Below the pieces are notes generated by a model. The model had not been told where the DNA came from. It worked only from the letters and a program-made list of their open reading frames with translations, and did not search any database. A stretch of 24,519 bases of DNA from a virus (lineage: Duplodnaviria; Caudoviricetes): the IMG/VR virus record IMGVR_UViG_3300025133_000574, positions 1 to 24,519 of that record. One strand, 5' to 3'. Every line of letters begins with the position of its first letter. Position 1 is the first letter of the stretch. Positions 15,162 to 24,374 of the stretch are shown piece by piece. Both the position numbers and the translations under genes were made by a program.

Positions 15162-15188
15162 AATATATATTTAATTAGTTATTATTAA

Positions 15189-15545
15189 TTAGTATAACCA
15201 AATCACAGGACTTGGTTTATCGTAAACATCTATATCTACATGAATAAATGATTCATGTAATCCAAACCTCTCAAAATCTGCAAAAACTAAAGCATCCATC
15301 ATAATTGCTCTAGCATTACTATCTTCACATTTAATATCTGCAGCCAATCCCTTTGTGTGTGATGAGGTTGGGTTCTTCTTACTCTCAGGATGATTTTTAC
15401 ATCTGTAGCCACTAGATATTACAAATGGTATCTTTGCAAATTCTCTAGCCTTATCTAAAGATTGTAATAACTCATCACTTACAACAGTTTCACCACAACC
15501 ACACTTACAGGTGAATTCGCTTCTCTTAAAATGATTTAAAGTCAT
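15189..15545 (-). CDS. Peptidase M15 endolysin
   Basis: EF.CKCGC, SGYRC..H, SSH..G.AADI and FIHVD zinc-peptidase motifs. Confidence 0.88.
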   Translation of the reverse strand: MTLNHFKRSEFTCKCGCGETVVSDELLQSLDKAREFAKIPFVISSGYRCKNHPESKKNPTSSHTKGLAADIKCEDSNARAIMMDALVFADFERFGLHESFIHVDIDVYDKPSPVIWLY

Positions 15546-15546
15546 T

Positions 15547-15993
15547 TTATGTTGTTACTGCAATTATCTCTATATCACACGCTGCTGTATCTGCATCTGC
15601 TTTTATCTGAGTAATATCTGCAAAAGCACCAAAAGTTGTACTTGAAGCAATAGCATCCATTTCATTACTCATTAACAAGAATACATCTCCTGCTAATAAC
15701 TTATAAAAGAAAGAGTCAGCACCATTATAAAGTGTTAAAGTTATAAAGTTCGTGTCATCTAAATTTGTAATTCTAAAATATTTGTAATCTCCTACTGTTA
15801 CTTGACCTGCTGCATCAGCAGCCCCAAAATTGATAATTGCAGGGTCGCTAGTGCTAACATTCATTATTCTTTGTAAAACTTGACCATTACTTGAAAATCT
15901 TTTATTTGTTGTGTTTCCATAACTAACGCCATTAAGAGTATAACTCTCTGTTATTGTTACTGTTAAATCTGCTGTGTCTATTGTTGTTGCCAT
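15547..15993 (-). CDS. Putative virion structural protein
   Basis: T/A/S-rich beta composition; late block. Confidence 0.55.
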   Translation of the reverse strand: MATTIDTADLTVTITESYTLNGVSYGNTTNKRFSSNGQVLQRIMNVSTSDPAIINFGAADAAGQVTVGDYKYFRITNLDDTNFITLTLYNGADSFFYKLLAGDVFLLMSNEMDAIASSTTFGAFADITQIKADADTAACDIEIIAVTT

Positions 15994-16019
15994 ATATTTT
16001 TATATTTTATTTGTTGTTC

Positions 16020-16247
16020 TTACTCCTCAATCACGCCCCAATCACCATCTTTAAGGGTTGTTCTCATTTCACTTTTATTCTCTGTTGTTTTCCCTTTTAA
16101 AAAACTTGGGTTATCTCCATAAAACTTAACAAAAGTCTTATCTTTTTCTTTATTCCATCTAAGAGTATCTTCAGAAGTTTCAACTACTTGTGAAAAATCT
16201 ATAGTTTCTACATCTGCTCTGTTTATTATTACATATTTTCTATCCAT
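16020..16247 (-). CDS. Small protein following the LamG fibre (possible chaperone)
   Basis: YVII....IDFSQV.ETS..TLR pattern; position. Confidence 0.5.
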   Translation of the reverse strand: MDRKYVIINRADVETIDFSQVVETSEDTLRWNKEKDKTFVKFYGDNPSFLKGKTTENKSEMRTTLKDGDWGVIEE

Positions 16248-16251
16248 ATTA

Positions 16252-17508
16252 TTAAGGTGTGTCTGTTACTATATTACTACTATCCATATTTTCCATAATT
16301 GCTGGATTACCACCAACCTTTACCATTGAAACATTATCAAAATAACGCACATCTCCATCTGCCCCTGCTGAACCTCCATTACCTATTCTAACTTGTATTG
16401 TTAATGGACTGCTTTCCGTTCTAAAAAACCCAACCACCTCTGTCCATGTGTCTGCAGGAATATTCGCCCCATCCCAAGATTGTGTACTTCCAAGCCGATT
16501 CCAATCATTTCCAGTTGCACACTCAATATTCATCCAACTACTAGAATTAGCACTTGGTGCGTATGCCCAATAAGAAAACCTATAAACAGTATTTGCATCT
16601 ACTGTAATAGCAGATGTTGTTACCCCTTTACTTGTAGCAACACCATTAGTTTCAAATTTCCAAGAATAATCTCCACTCTGTGGTTTCTCTGTACTCCTCT
16701 CACTAATAAGACCTGTACCACCTGATGCTGTCCATCCAGTTCCTGTTGCAAAGATAGGGTCTGTTATTAAGTTTTCACCTATTGTTGGAGTTTCTTGGTC
16801 AAATATAACCTCGCCACTACCACTATCATAAATACCATCACCCATTCTCCAATAACTCAAAAGATTTCCACTCTTATCTACACCACTACCTGCGGTATAA
16901 CTTGCGGATAAAGTTAAATCATTTGGAGTTCCCGAATTATATATTGAATCAACAGTATCTCCATCTAAAGCAACATCCCATATTGCAACCTCATCCATTT
17001 CCCCATCAAGATATGAAGTCGTACCAAACCTACCCATTTCCAATTGACCTGTGTTATCTATATCTACTGAAGATGAGCCACTTATAGTTGCACTACCTCC
17101 ATAAGTTGTAGTATCACTACCATCTCCATTTACATAAAGATTAATATCTCCACCTCTATCAACGCTAACACAAACATGAATCCAAGACCCCACAAGTGGA
17201 GTTACATCCGCCCCTCCAGTTACAGCAAACGCAACTACACCACCGCTCTTCCCTACAACATAAAGTTCTTTAGTAGATGCAATTGTTCTTACTCTCCAAA
17301 AATCACTTGACCCTTGTTTTTTAGAGATGAATCCTTGGTCATCAGCATCATCTAATTTAGTCCAAAAAGCAATACTGAAATTATCTGTACCTAAATTAAG
17401 GGTATCGCCTAATGCCAAATATTCATCTGCATAAAAATTCATAGAGTAATTGTTAGAAAACTCTTTAGATGTTATTGAATTTAATGTATTGTTTAATGCT
17501 AATCTCAT
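16252..17508 (-). CDS. Concanavalin A/LamG-domain protein with CBM-like insertion (fibre / receptor binding)
   Basis: FSIAFW.K, W.HV, LYVNG, DG.MDEVAIWD.AL and YWRMGD motifs; ENLI....F...GW ... YFDNVS CBM-like segment. Confidence 0.8.
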   Translation of the reverse strand: MRLALNNTLNSITSKEFSNNYSMNFYADEYLALGDTLNLGTDNFSIAFWTKLDDADDQGFISKKQGSSDFWRVRTIASTKELYVVGKSGGVVAFAVTGGADVTPLVGSWIHVCVSVDRGGDINLYVNGDGSDTTTYGGSATISGSSSVDIDNTGQLEMGRFGTTSYLDGEMDEVAIWDVALDGDTVDSIYNSGTPNDLTLSASYTAGSGVDKSGNLLSYWRMGDGIYDSGSGEVIFDQETPTIGENLITDPIFATGTGWTASGGTGLISERSTEKPQSGDYSWKFETNGVATSKGVTTSAITVDANTVYRFSYWAYAPSANSSSWMNIECATGNDWNRLGSTQSWDGANIPADTWTEVVGFFRTESSPLTIQVRIGNGGSAGADGDVRYFDNVSMVKVGGNPAIMENMDSSNIVTDTP

Positions 17509-17526
17509 TGATGTTATTTTAATTTA

Positions 17527-17814
17527 TTATGCACTAGCGTTACCATCATGCTCTCTATATCCAATTCCTATTCCTGCACTCAGCGTTATCGCTGTGATTC
17601 GCATGAACAAGGTAGTACCTGCAGGTAGGGAAGTTTGAAGAGAAGATTCTCCAGTAACTCCATCAGCAGTAATAGCACTAATTGTTGATGCTACTGGAAA
17701 ATATACACAATAGAAATCCTTTCCTGTTTGTGCTACAGTAGTAAAAACCTCAGTTCCACCACCCTTACCTAGCATTTCAAATAGTAATGTATTGTCTGTA
17801 TCAAATGTACTCAT
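17527..17814 (-). CDS. Putative structural protein (95 aa)
   Basis: Beta-rich composition; late block. Confidence 0.55.
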   Translation of the reverse strand: MSTFDTDNTLLFEMLGKGGGTEVFTTVAQTGKDFYCVYFPVASTISAITADGVTGESSLQTSLPAGTTLFMRITAITLSAGIGIGYREHDGNASA

Positions 17815-17847
17815 TTTATTATTTTTTAAATTGTTATTATTTTATTT

Positions 17848-18081
17848 TTATTCTGTAAAAAGTTTTATTAATGCCCCTAAAGTTATAGCATAAATCATCC
17901 ACATTGCCTTCACTAAAACCTTTCTCATTGCTGTGTTTCTGTTCACTCTAGCAGCAACTCCTTTATCTGGATTTAATAGCCTCTCTGTAAGCATATCCAT
18001 CTTCCCATCCAAATTATCTATCTTCTCGTTTATCGCACTTATGTCTTTCTTCATTGATACTATTTCTTCTTTTGTTGTCAT
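17848..18081 (-). CDS. Coiled-coil plus C-terminal TM protein (XhlA/holin-like)
   Basis: Heptad-rich N-terminus, hydrophobic C-terminus. Confidence 0.5.
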   Translation of the reverse strand: MTTKEEIVSMKKDISAINEKIDNLDGKMDMLTERLLNPDKGVAARVNRNTAMRKVLVKAMWMIYAITLGALIKLFTE

Positions 18082-18722
18082 TAGAATGTTGTTGTTTGTA
18101 TTGTTAAATTCATATAAAGAGTTGAACCACCACTTGCCTCTTTAATCATTGGAAATATAATATCTCCTGCCAATACAGAAGATGCTGTTATAGTTGTTTC
18201 ATTTATCCTAATACCCCTGTTATTATTATCAAGTCCTTCTACTGTAATCTCATCAATCACAGTAGGAACAACAGAAGCAATTTCATCCTCTACAGGTGTT
18301 AATTTACATATAGCAATAGTAACATCATAGTCCCCATTACTTGTAAGCCACCCACTTATAGATGTAACTGCAGCAGTTTCAGGGATTACACAAGCCTGAC
18401 CAATTCTAAAAAAATTAGTTGGGGACATACTTCCTAAAGAAACTGTAGCAGTACCATAATCTATATCCATTTGAAATGGAGATTTATTATCATTAACATC
18501 TTCACCATAAGTGTAATTAGTTAATGCTGTAGTTATATATCCCTGCATCTTGTAATTAGTAACACCCATGTAAGACTTACTCTTCCACTCTAAATTACCA
18601 TCAGTTTCAGTTGGTGAAGAACCAGAAGTTTTAGATAAAACAGTATCATTAATAGCATTTTCAAATCCTTTTGGATTGTGTCTATTTGCACTACTTAAAT
18701 TTTTATGTTCGTTTGCAGCCAT
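18081..18722 (-). CDS. Putative structural protein (213 aa)
   Basis: T/S/G-rich; follows the adaptor gene. Confidence 0.55.
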   Translation of the reverse strand: MAANEHKNLSSANRHNPKGFENAINDTVLSKTSGSSPTETDGNLEWKSKSYMGVTNYKMQGYITTALTNYTYGEDVNDNKSPFQMDIDYGTATVSLGSMSPTNFFRIGQACVIPETAAVTSISGWLTSNGDYDVTIAICKLTPVEDEIASVVPTVIDEITVEGLDNNNRGIRINETTITASSVLAGDIIFPMIKEASGGSTLYMNLTIQTTTF

Positions 18723-18735
18723 TTATATATTTATT

Positions 18736-19320
18736 TTAACAATCATCACAAGGACAGTTATTCTTCCAACTATCATAATTTCTAGTTGGTCTTGAATATA
18801 TACTGTCATACATTATTATACCATGATTTTTATAGGTATTATCATTACAAGGTTTATTAGATTCATAAGTTGGATAATCACCACTTTGGTCGCTATCATT
18901 CATATAGTCTAACATATCTTTTAAGTATATCTCAGCCTTCCTGTAAGTGTCTTGCTTATAAGCATTTAACTCAGAAGGGTCAATAATAGTAGCAAACTCA
19001 TCAATATTATGCACAATACCTGCACTACTACTATTACTTTGAACTTCATTAATTACCTCAAATCTCACAAACCAACTCAAGCACCTTGTTAAGAAATCAT
19101 CCATCAAGGTTTGATTTTCAGTAGTTAAAGTACCATTATTATGTTGAGTTTTTATTTCTTCATAAAACTTTTTACCAATCGCTGATTTTAAATGTGCTAA
19201 TTCAGAAAGTAATAATGTGCTATCAGAAATTAAAGCAGTATCAGTATTAGCATTAGTAAAACTATTACTTATAACTTCTGCTGCTGTTACTAAAGGTATA
19301 TATTGGTTTACATTTGCCAT
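18736..19320 (-). CDS. Putative head-tail adaptor
   Basis: Directly after the portal gene; helical; HLKSAIG.KFYEE pattern. Confidence 0.55.
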   Translation of the reverse strand: MANVNQYIPLVTAAEVISNSFTNANTDTALISDSTLLLSELAHLKSAIGKKFYEEIKTQHNNGTLTTENQTLMDDFLTRCLSWFVRFEVINEVQSNSSSAGIVHNIDEFATIIDPSELNAYKQDTYRKAEIYLKDMLDYMNDSDQSGDYPTYESNKPCNDNTYKNHGIIMYDSIYSRPTRNYDSWKNNCPCDDC

Positions 19321-19322
19321 AG

Positions 19323-20657
19323 TTATTCTTTTTCAATTTCAGTTACTTGTAAATCACTTGCATCATCATCCCCAACCCCATCTCCATCATCATCTCTTGT
19401 TACGATAATTTGCTCTCTATCAGTTAAGAACATATTACCTTCCTCTAACATTGGTAAATCTTCATCTAACATTCTTCTTTGTTCATTAATAGTAAGGACT
19501 TGTTTAGGGTCAATCTGAGTTGCAAAACTAATTGGTGGCTCATAATGAATTACTAAATCTTCAGGTAAGAAACCTAACTCTTTATATAAAACCCCTCTAA
19601 TACCATTTAATAGTAAATCAGAAGTATCTTTAATTACAGTAGTCATTGCTAAGTCATAAGCAATCCTAATCTCACTACCTGTATTATTCATTTTACCTGA
19701 ACTAACCAAACCACTTAATGATGGCTGCCATCTATGAGCAGTTACAATATTTTGGTCAGTTATTCTTTGTAAGTCTATCCAACTACCATCTTGGTCATCT
19801 TTGATAATCTGAACATTAGCACTAGAAGTATCTCCATTCTTAACAATGAACATAATTTTTCCATTGTTTCCATCACCAACAAACTTCTTCTGTGCTTCTC
19901 TTACTAATTTCTTTGCTTCTTCTTCACCCATATCCCCATTAATCTCAACGATTGCTGAAGGTTGAAATCCATTCTTGAATTTAGTGTGATTCCATTTCCC
20001 AATTTCATAATCAACTGCAATATGCTCTAATGCAGCAATGTAATCAGGTAAACCATAGAATTGGAATGTAGGTTCGTAATCTTTAAATTGAAGGACAAAT
20101 CTATTTCCCTTCACCTTAGGATAAAGAGGAATAGTAGATAATTTATCTTTCATAGTAGTGTACTTAGCCCAATCAGGATGGATATACACTTCTTTCTTGT
20201 TTTTAGACATTCTAACAGTAGTTGCATCTATGTGATATAGATTTAATCCACCATCATATAATACGCCCTCTAAATAGGCATTTCCAAATGAATAGTAATC
20301 ATCTGCTAATTTCTTAAAAACCTCTCTTAACGATTCTCCATCAGCATTTACATCTTTAATGTATTCTTTAACATCTTCATTATTTGTAACAAACTTAGCA
20401 CCACTCGTAAAGATAGTCTTTTGTGCTAATACACTTCTATGAGTAGAAGATTTACGCTTTAATTCTGCTAAATACTGAGGGAATAGATTATTAGTACCAA
20501 AAGGAATAAACTTGCTTCTTACCTTTGCTAAATCTAAAGGTTCTTCAATATGTTCAGGAATTGCTAAATTAAAAACTCCAAATTCAAAAGTGCTATTCTT
20601 TTGAGTCTGAAGATTCTTTACCTGACTTTTTCTTTTTGGTTGCTTTCTTTGGCTCAT
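19323..20657 (-). CDS. Portal protein
   Basis: 444 aa; PFG.NNLFPQ, FGNAY, YGLPDY, NGF.PS, G..N.GK and I.TAH motifs. Confidence 0.85.
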   Translation of the reverse strand: MSQRKQPKRKSQVKNLQTQKNSTFEFGVFNLAIPEHIEEPLDLAKVRSKFIPFGTNNLFPQYLAELKRKSSTHRSVLAQKTIFTSGAKFVTNNEDVKEYIKDVNADGESLREVFKKLADDYYSFGNAYLEGVLYDGGLNLYHIDATTVRMSKNKKEVYIHPDWAKYTTMKDKLSTIPLYPKVKGNRFVLQFKDYEPTFQFYGLPDYIAALEHIAVDYEIGKWNHTKFKNGFQPSAIVEINGDMGEEEAKKLVREAQKKFVGDGNNGKIMFIVKNGDTSSANVQIIKDDQDGSWIDLQRITDQNIVTAHRWQPSLSGLVSSGKMNNTGSEIRIAYDLAMTTVIKDTSDLLLNGIRGVLYKELGFLPEDLVIHYEPPISFATQIDPKQVLTINEQRRMLDEDLPMLEEGNMFLTDREQIIVTRDDDGDGVGDDDASDLQVTEIEKE

Positions 20658-20814
20658 CTTTTGTTTTTGTAGTTGATAATTTTTCTACCCTATCGGTCAT
20701 TCCTAAATCTTCATAAGCATACGCCAACTCCTCTTGAGTTGCTATAGCCCATTTAATTTTAAAACCATTCTTGTAAGTAGTTCCTGATGATAATTTTGCT
20801 TTATATTCTGCCAT
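20593..20814 (-). CDS. Small protein with Lys-rich tail (likely start MAEYK at 20814)
   Basis: Lies between tail tube and portal; overlaps the portal start by 65 nt. Confidence 0.55.
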   Translation of the reverse strand: MAEYKAKLSSGTTYKNGFKIKWAIATQEELAYAYEDLGMTDRVEKLSTTKTKDEPKKATKKKKSGKESSDSKE

Positions 20815-20878
20815 AACTGTATATATTTTTAAGTGTGATAAATCTACAACTTTTTTTTCACAATCACACATATTATTA

Positions 20879-20946
20879 AAAAGATATTAATAGGGAAATG
20901 TTGTTAAACTTTTTACGAACAAAGTCCAACCTATTTCTATATCTTT
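20879..20946 (-). terminator. Long structured hairpin after the tail tube gene
   Basis: AAAGAUAU/AUAUCUUU, AAUAG/CUAUU and GUUGGACUUU/AAAGUUUAAC stems. Confidence 0.5.
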
Positions 20947-20951
20947 AATTA

Positions 20952-21536
20952 TTATACTTTTGAAATTGCAGTTAATGCTGAAGTATTAACCTCAATAGTC
21001 CCTACATACTTTCTAGGTAATTCAAACTGTCTTGCAGTTAAAGTAATTGTCATTCCACTTTCATCAGAATAAGCAGCACCTGTGCCACCCTCCATAGAAG
21101 TCAAGTTTAAATAAGTTTGACTTTTTGCTTGGACATCCTCATTTGCATATTTATCACTAGCACCAATCACCCACCAAGAACCATTAGTATCTAGTACTGC
21201 ACCCATCATACAAGTGTCCAACATTGCTTGAAATTCTGCAAATCGGTCATTGTTAATTTGTGGTACTGTAAATGATAATGTACACTCAAAAGCAGTTGAG
21301 CCATTTTCTTTTGTTCCGTTTACTGTTAATGCACCTGTTTCATTTTTGTTCTCAAAAAGAAACCAATCAGCATCAGCAGCACCTGTAAGAATACTATCTA
21401 TATCGTGAGTACCTGCACCACCAGCACCATAATCAACCACATCATCAGTGTCCCAAGACCTTAATAGTATCTGAGTGATACCACCTGTTGATTGTAAATT
21501 ACTACACTCAACGCCTATACCTTTATCTATTGCCAT
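20952..21536 (-). CDS. Putative major tail (tube) protein
   Basis: C....GGI N-terminus, VLD.NG.WWVIG and GTGAA.SD motifs; follows the capsid gene. Confidence 0.7.
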   Translation of the reverse strand: MAIDKGIGVECSNLQSTGGITQILLRSWDTDDVVDYGAGGAGTHDIDSILTGAADADWFLFENKNETGALTVNGTKENGSTAFECTLSFTVPQINNDRFAEFQAMLDTCMMGAVLDTNGSWWVIGASDKYANEDVQAKSQTYLNLTSMEGGTGAAYSDESGMTITLTARQFELPRKYVGTIEVNTSALTAISKV

Positions 21537-21561
21537 TTTTTTATTATTTTATTAGTTATTT

Positions 21562-21608
21562 AAAAGTAATTAAGAGAGGAGGTTTTAACACCTTCCCTCT
21601 ATTATTAC
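21562..21608 (-). terminator. Hairpin/terminator after the major capsid gene
   Basis: AGAGGGAAGGU-GUUAAA-ACCUCCUCUCU, then UAAUUACUUUU. Confidence 0.6.
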
Positions 21609-21615
21609 ATTATTA

Positions 21616-22635
21616 TTATGATGTTACTGTTACAATTCCCCATTGAACAAGAGAAGAGTACAAGTACTGAACTCCTAACTTGAAGTAACCTCTGAAGAAC
21701 ATTTTTTCTTCTAAATCATCGTAAAATACTTTGAAAGAACCTTCTGGGTCTGTTACATCAGTACCGATAATTAAGTTCTCAACTGCACAGTAACATACAC
21801 CATTATTAACATTTGCTGCTGCTGCAGTTTCAAATAATTCAGGATTAGTGTCTGTTAAGATAGTGTCCCACTCATACATAGGTATTAATTCAACACCTCT
21901 AAACATTACTCTACGAATACCCTCTTGTTGATTTACAATTGCTAAGTCAGCAGTTGCAGTTGTAGAAGCCTCTAAGTTTGCTAAGTAAGCGTTAAAGATT
22001 TTAGGAGTTACGAACATTTTTTTATCACCTGCTGCTACTTGTTGAAGTGCTGCTGGTGCTTGGTCATATACCTTTCTAATTAATCCGATTGCATCTGCTG
22101 CAGTTGGTGCTGCTGGAGTACCCTCATACTCAAGTACAGTTTCAGCCTTCATTAATTCCATCCAACCATCAAGAGCAGTATAATTTGCTGTTCCTCCTAC
22201 TACACCACCCCACGCTAATCTTACTACATCAGAAGCAATACCTGATACTGCTCTGTTTACGATTGCATCTCCTAATTGAGTTCCCTCAACATTCATTACA
22301 TCTGCACCAGAACGATACATTTCTTCAATATAAGTTCCAAAGAACTCATCAGTACATTGCTCTAAAGCAACTCTACATCTACCTGCAGTAATTATTTTAT
22401 CATCAATGTTAAATTGAGTGTCATCACTATCAGCAGAACATCCTGTGTATGGTTGTACTATTTTTGTTAGAGCAGCAGAAGTGTAAACATTCATTTTATG
22501 TTTAACATTAGGAATAACTCTATAGTTACGCATAATATCATCACTTCTAAATACTGGCTCGTAGAACAATTCGTTTAGTTGCGCACCACCATAAGTTGCT
22601 GCGATACTATTATTTGCTACATTTACATTTGCCAT
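21616..22635 (-). CDS. Major capsid protein
   Basis: 339 aa, directly after the protease/scaffold; LAWGG...DGW and FRGV.L segments; followed by a hairpin. Confidence 0.8.
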   Translation of the reverse strand: MANVNVANNSIAATYGGAQLNELFYEPVFRSDDIMRNYRVIPNVKHKMNVYTSAALTKIVQPYTGCSADSDDTQFNIDDKIITAGRCRVALEQCTDEFFGTYIEEMYRSGADVMNVEGTQLGDAIVNRAVSGIASDVVRLAWGGVVGGTANYTALDGWMELMKAETVLEYEGTPAAPTAADAIGLIRKVYDQAPAALQQVAAGDKKMFVTPKIFNAYLANLEASTTATADLAIVNQQEGIRRVMFRGVELIPMYEWDTILTDTNPELFETAAAANVNNGVCYCAVENLIIGTDVTDPEGSFKVFYDDLEEKMFFRGYFKLGVQYLYSSLVQWGIVTVTS

Positions 22636-22649
22636 TTTTTTCTATTTTT

Positions 22650-23684
22650 TTAATTATTAAATTTGTTTCTAATTCTTCCTGCTATTGCATTGTAAAAACC
22701 TGCATTAGCATCTTCTGTCTTGTTTTCAACTACTGCAGGGTCGCCTTCAGTTTCAATCTCTGTACCTTTAGCATCTGTTTTGTTGATTTTAGCGTTTAAC
22801 GCTTCAACTTCTCCTGTTAAAGTTTCGTTAGTCCCTTTTGAAGCAACTAATTCTTCCTCTAACAAAGAAATTTTGTTTGATAACTCTATGTTATTAGTTT
22901 CAAATTCAGAAATTTTATTCATAATTTCATCATTATCTCCTAGATTAACTGTTATCGCTGTTTGTTCAGCAACATCTTCAGAAACTTTTACATCACCTTT
23001 TACAGCAGTAACAATTTCTTCAACTTTGTTGTTAAACCATTCTTTTAACTCGTTAGTCATTTTTTTGTTATTTATATTAATACTTAATTTATTCTGTATT
23101 TCTTCCTGTGTGATGTTCTTAAATTTAGAAACATCATACTTTGCAGCCACTTTAATAGAATCAGAGATAGTGTCAATAAAACCATAATTATATGCTTCAT
23201 CAGCATTTAACCAAGTTTCTTCATCCATCATCTCAGCAAGAGCATCATAAGATAATCCTGTCTTTTTCATATAAATGTCTGTAAGTTCGTTTGTGATTTT
23301 ATCAAGAGTATCTGCAGTCTTTCTCATGTCTTTTGACTCACCCATTGTTCCACCCCAAGCGTTATGTATCATAAATAGAGAATTTTCTGCCATTACAACC
23401 TCATCAGCACCTAGAGCAATAATAGTAGCAATACTTGCTGCTATACCCTCAATATAAACTGTAGTTTTTGCCTCTCTCCTTTTGATTACATTATACATTG
23501 CCATACCATCAAACACATCTCCACCTAAACTGTTAATGCGTAAATTGATAGGCATATCTTTTAATCCTTTAATGTCAGTAATAAACTCTTGTGCTGTTAC
23601 ACCATAAGTTCCTATCTCATCAAAGATATAAATGTCGGCAGTTTCATCTGCCTTGTTCTGAATGTTATACCATTTCTCGTTCAT
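22650..23684 (-). CDS. ClpP-like prohead protease fused to a coiled-coil scaffold domain
   Basis: INSLGGDVFDG, GIAASIA (catalytic Ser), FMIHNAW (His) and ETWLNADEA motifs; acidic coiled-coil C-terminus with an internal MTNE start. Confidence 0.9.
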   Translation of the reverse strand: MNEKWYNIQNKADETADIYIFDEIGTYGVTAQEFITDIKGLKDMPINLRINSLGGDVFDGMAMYNVIKRREAKTTVYIEGIAASIATIIALGADEVVMAENSLFMIHNAWGGTMGESKDMRKTADTLDKITNELTDIYMKKTGLSYDALAEMMDEETWLNADEAYNYGFIDTISDSIKVAAKYDVSKFKNITQEEIQNKLSININNKKMTNELKEWFNNKVEEIVTAVKGDVKVSEDVAEQTAITVNLGDNDEIMNKISEFETNNIELSNKISLLEEELVASKGTNETLTGEVEALNAKINKTDAKGTEIETEGDPAVVENKTEDANAGFYNAIAGRIRNKFNN

Positions 23685-23689
23685 AAATG

Positions 23690-23697
23690 CAAAAATA
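23690..23697 (-). promoter_or_regulatory. -7 element TATTTTTG, leaderless late promoter
   Basis: 5 nt upstream of the ATG at 23684; no canonical -33 TTTG. Confidence 0.6.
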
Positions 23698-23740
23698 GAA
23701 TTAAAAGAAATTAATTTTACCTAATTTTCTTACAAAACTT

Positions 23741-24073
23741 TTAGTATGTGATATTATTAGATGGAATTGCCTTCTTTCTTTCTTTGTAAACTATATTTTG
23801 TGATTGGCTTTCGCTTATGTCATACTTGATAGATAAATCCATCCAAGTGTGAGTTCTGCTACCCTCATTACCCACTAACATTCTATCAAAGTCAGCAATA
23901 ATCATATAGTTTCTTACTCTCTTAGGGTCTATTATGCCTTTCTCAACAAGATGTCGTATAATATCTTTACAAGTTGGTGATTGCCCAAATCGCTTTTCTA
24001 ATTCAATACCACAAATATCAATGAAGTCTTTGACTACATCTACTTTATTTTGTCTTTGTTTTTTTTGAGGCAT
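23741..24073 (-). CDS. HTH protein, possibly a Mor/C-like late activator (start MPQKK at 24073)
   Basis: C-terminal DLSIKYDISESQSQNIV HTH; sits just before the head operon. Confidence 0.45.
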   Translation of the reverse strand: MPQKKQRQNKVDVVKDFIDICGIELEKRFGQSPTCKDIIRHLVEKGIIDPKRVRNYMIIADFDRMLVGNEGSRTHTWMDLSIKYDISESQSQNIVYKERKKAIPSNNITY

Positions 24074-24365
24074 TTTTCTTTTTAGTAGTTTGTTGAGGTT
24101 TTTTCTTTTTAGGCGTTTGTTCAGTTTCAATCCACTCATCTACTAAAGTTTCCCAGAATTTACAGATTGCTGCTCTACAAGATGAGCAATTAATGTCTTG
24201 CTTTTGTGTAGGAAATAATAAGTGCCATTCTGAAAACATTATTCTTAATGATTCAGAGTGGTAAGTGGTGAAATTTGCTGTGTATTTCTTATTAGTGATA
24301 ACAGCATTTGTCATCATCTTTCTTTTTTGCTTACTATAATCTTCAGCGATTTCTTTAAAATTCAT
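24045..24365 (-). CDS. Hypothetical protein with CxxC and Lys-rich tail
   Basis: CSSC motif; intact ORF. Confidence 0.6.
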   Translation of the reverse strand: MNFKEIAEDYSKQKRKMMTNAVITNKKYTANFTTYHSESLRIMFSEWHLLFPTQKQDINCSSCRAAICKFWETLVDEWIETEQTPKKKKPQQTTKKKNASKKTKTK

Positions 24366-24374
24366 ATGTAAGAT

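Noticed and set aside
20593-20657. Frameshift fusion of the small ORF with the portal
   Set aside because: The portal has its own A-rich start context at 20657, and similar overlaps are common in this window.
355-23457. Other plus-strand ORFs in the track (e.g. 566-829, 12491-12793, 22720-23187)
   Set aside because: All lie opposite well-supported minus-strand genes and show antisense-shadow composition.
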